From the NCBI GenBank assembly GCA_965240325.2, contig OZ251242.1:310001-374000 (forward strand): DNA of 64,000 nucleotides, in the 5' to 3' direction. Below the pieces are notes generated by a model, which saw only the letters and a list, made by a program, of their open reading frames with translations, made no database searches and was not told where the DNA came from. The DNA is from Rebecca billardiae RCC1528. Its lineage: Eukaryota > Protista > Haptophyta. The position numbers and the translations under genes were made by a program. This document shows positions 61,901 through 64,000 of this stretch, one piece after another (positions within the stretch are counted from its first letter, which is position 1; each line of letters opens with the position of its first letter).

Positions 61901-62365
61901 ATGTGCGCGCTCAAAGCGAATGAGATGCACGAGATCGAGTGGCTGCTCGAGATCCACCCGACCTCCCGCATCATCGTTTCCAAGCCGCTCACGACCTCCG
62001 ACCTCAGCCGGATCGGCCGTGTCGTCTTGCCCAAGGAAGACGCGCTCGTGGCCTTCGGTGAGGTCGCCGCGAGCGCCAAGCTCCAAGTGCGCGTGCGCGA
62101 CGTGTATCAGCGCGAGTTCACATTCGGGTACCGTGTGTGGCCCAACAACAACTCGACCATGCACGTGCTCGAAGGCATGCGGCCATTCTTCAACGCGGTC
62201 GGCGTGCAGCCGGACGACACGTTTGTGCTCGCGGTCGATGTCAACAACAACTTCCAGGTTGGCGTCATTCACGGCCCCTACGATCACAAGCAGCGAGCTC
62301 GCAAGAAGAAGAAGACCGGGGTGAAGGCGTATCCTCTGCTTCTGCCGCCGCCCGTCGTGGGCTAG
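61901..62365 (+). CDS. B3 DNA-binding domain protein, LAV (ABI3/VAL)-like, with a basic NLS-like tail
   Basis: KPLTTSDLSRIGRVVLPK..D..FTFGYRVWPNNNSTMHVLEG resembles VAL/ABI3 K.LS.SDA.RIGRLVLPK..RFWPNNNSRMYVLEG; RARKKKK tail; an upstream exon is possible. Confidence 0.85.
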   Translation: MCALKANEMHEIEWLLEIHPTSRIIVSKPLTTSDLSRIGRVVLPKEDALVAFGEVAASAKLQVRVRDVYQREFTFGYRVWPNNNSTMHVLEGMRPFFNAVGVQPDDTFVLAVDVNNNFQVGVIHGPYDHKQRARKKKKTGVKAYPLLLPPPVVG

Positions 62366-64000
62366 CTGTACCTGCGCAGTGGAAGCAAGTATTGTCTGCC
62401 GTCTCATGCATGCATGCGCCCGCGCGCGCGAGGGCTTTGCCCATTGTCATCGTCAGCTCTCAAATCTGGATCCGCTTGTGGCGCACATCGGCGAGGCGCG
62501 ACGTCACAGCAGAGTATGTGTGTGAGCAAAACGCGCCGCATGCGAGGAAGCCCGAGCCTTGGCCTCTTCTGCATGGCCCAATAATCGATCATTCAACGTC
62601 GACATGTTACGACATGTAGACATCTGCCGTTGGTGAACTGCGTGTGCAGGACCTATGGTGCAGGATTCACTCGCGAGCTCAAGTTTCGGCGGGTTGCTCG
62701 AACGGGTCGCCCCTGACAAATGCGATGATGACAAATGATGTGCGCTCTGTATAGCTCGTACTCTCTGATCCATCGGCGAAGGGCGCGAGGCATGCATGAT
62801 GACACCTGCATGGCTGCATAGAAGTACGTATGACAGCTATAGAGTGCCAATGTGCCAAATTGGCATTGATGTCCGTCTGACGTGAGAGTCAGCCTTGACA
62901 CCATTCGCTGATGACTGCGTGATGATGATGTTTCCGGATTGATGCGTCAGTCAGATGGTGATGTGCGTACAAGCGCATAACTAACGCGTTTCGAAGTTAT
63001 CGATCTTATTGACGATCTATAGCAGTAGACTGGACAGTGCAGCAGGCTACTCTTTCTCCCACTTCTTCCCAACTCGGGGCTCATCAATCGCATCAATGTC
63101 TGACTCCTGGCAATAAAGAGCTGGTGGAAGCAATTCAGACTCCCACCGTGTGCTGACTACTTAGTAGTCGAGTCGTGACTACTGTAATGTCAGTCACTGA
63201 GGCTCGCGGCACGCCTTTGACTGAGCAGTACTCTGTACCGGTTCGGGCGTGTACTGGTACACCAGGCGCTGATGATGATGATTGATGGAAACAGTGACAG
63301 TACAGGGATATGTCATGCGACTAGGATTCCTCTCAGTGAAAAGTTAAACTGCAGTCGCGGCCTGCACTGAATCATTATCATATGCCAGTCCCGACTGTCC
63401 GAGCGGGCTCGGGGTCTGACTGACCCGTGACCGGCTGACCGCGCCCGGCCCAACAATTATAAGCTCGTCGCGTACCGAGTCTGAGTCTCCCTCGAAGGCC
63501 CCGAAGAGCGGAACGGCAGGCTTGAAGCTCACAGACGAGGGCGGCGTGGGGCACTTGTGCAGAAAGCGCGCCTGTGCTTTCTAGGAATCTAGCGACTGGA
63601 GTGTCCACGCGGAACTCGTACACCAAGGGCGGTCGTACACCATCCCACAATCAGAGGATGCACAGGACATAGACTTGGGAGCCGGACCAGCCGGTGGAAG
63701 TGGTCGTGAGTTCGGAGGAGGTTCCACCTCTCAACTCCAGAAATCTCCCTGCCAGAAGATGAATGGGTACATCCGAAATCAGGCTTGATCAGCCAATGAG
63801 AAGCGCTCCTATAGTCACCCGGTGCACACACACGCACGTCATCAGCAACATGATTGGTCGCCCGGCAAAACGGTGCCGAGTTGAACAATAATCCTCGCAT
63901 CGCGGTTCGTGGCAAATACATACCTCGCGCGACGCCGCGGCCGAGCCGCGCGGGCGAGACCCGCCGCGACCTCCTCCGCCGTCCAAGGGATGCTCGCGCT

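Noticed and set aside
63344-63990. Cys/His-rich short ORFs at the window end
   Set aside because: Fragmented across frames and truncated by the window edge; no assignable family

Overview
Very GC-rich eukaryotic genomic DNA with GT-AG introns rich in CG dinucleotides. Plastid-type enzymes carry signal-peptide plus transit-like N-termini, so a secondary-plastid alga is likely; a Pavlovales-like haptophyte is my inference, not proven. About 20 protein genes are supportable: CAP+LIM protein, multipass membrane protein, ABCB half-transporter, double-PH protein, hybrid histidine kinase, conserved hypothetical protein, RelA/SpoT homologue, two TMEM151-like paralogues, Gal-3-O-sulfotransferase, bestrophin-like channel, GlyRS, Cry-DASH, CAMK-group kinase, sulfatase, RecB-like PD-(D/E)XK nuclease, RPS4, LETM1, ATM1/ABCB7 and a B3-domain protein. 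They are separated by AT-richer eroded spacers containing MITE-like, foldback and non-LTR remnants. The standout is a 4-exon gene (21922-26569) that splices into a predicted plastid-targeted, hydrolase-dead (p)ppGpp synthetase with a TGS domain, fused in frame to a three-helix light-harvesting-complex (LHC)-like membrane module. This is a candidate thylakoid-anchored, pigment-coupled ppGpp synthase. Its LHC tail and the neighbouring TMEM151-like gene were tandemly duplicated. A VAL/ABI3-type B3 domain, a family considered green-lineage, is also present. All calls are by eye from motifs; no database searches were run.
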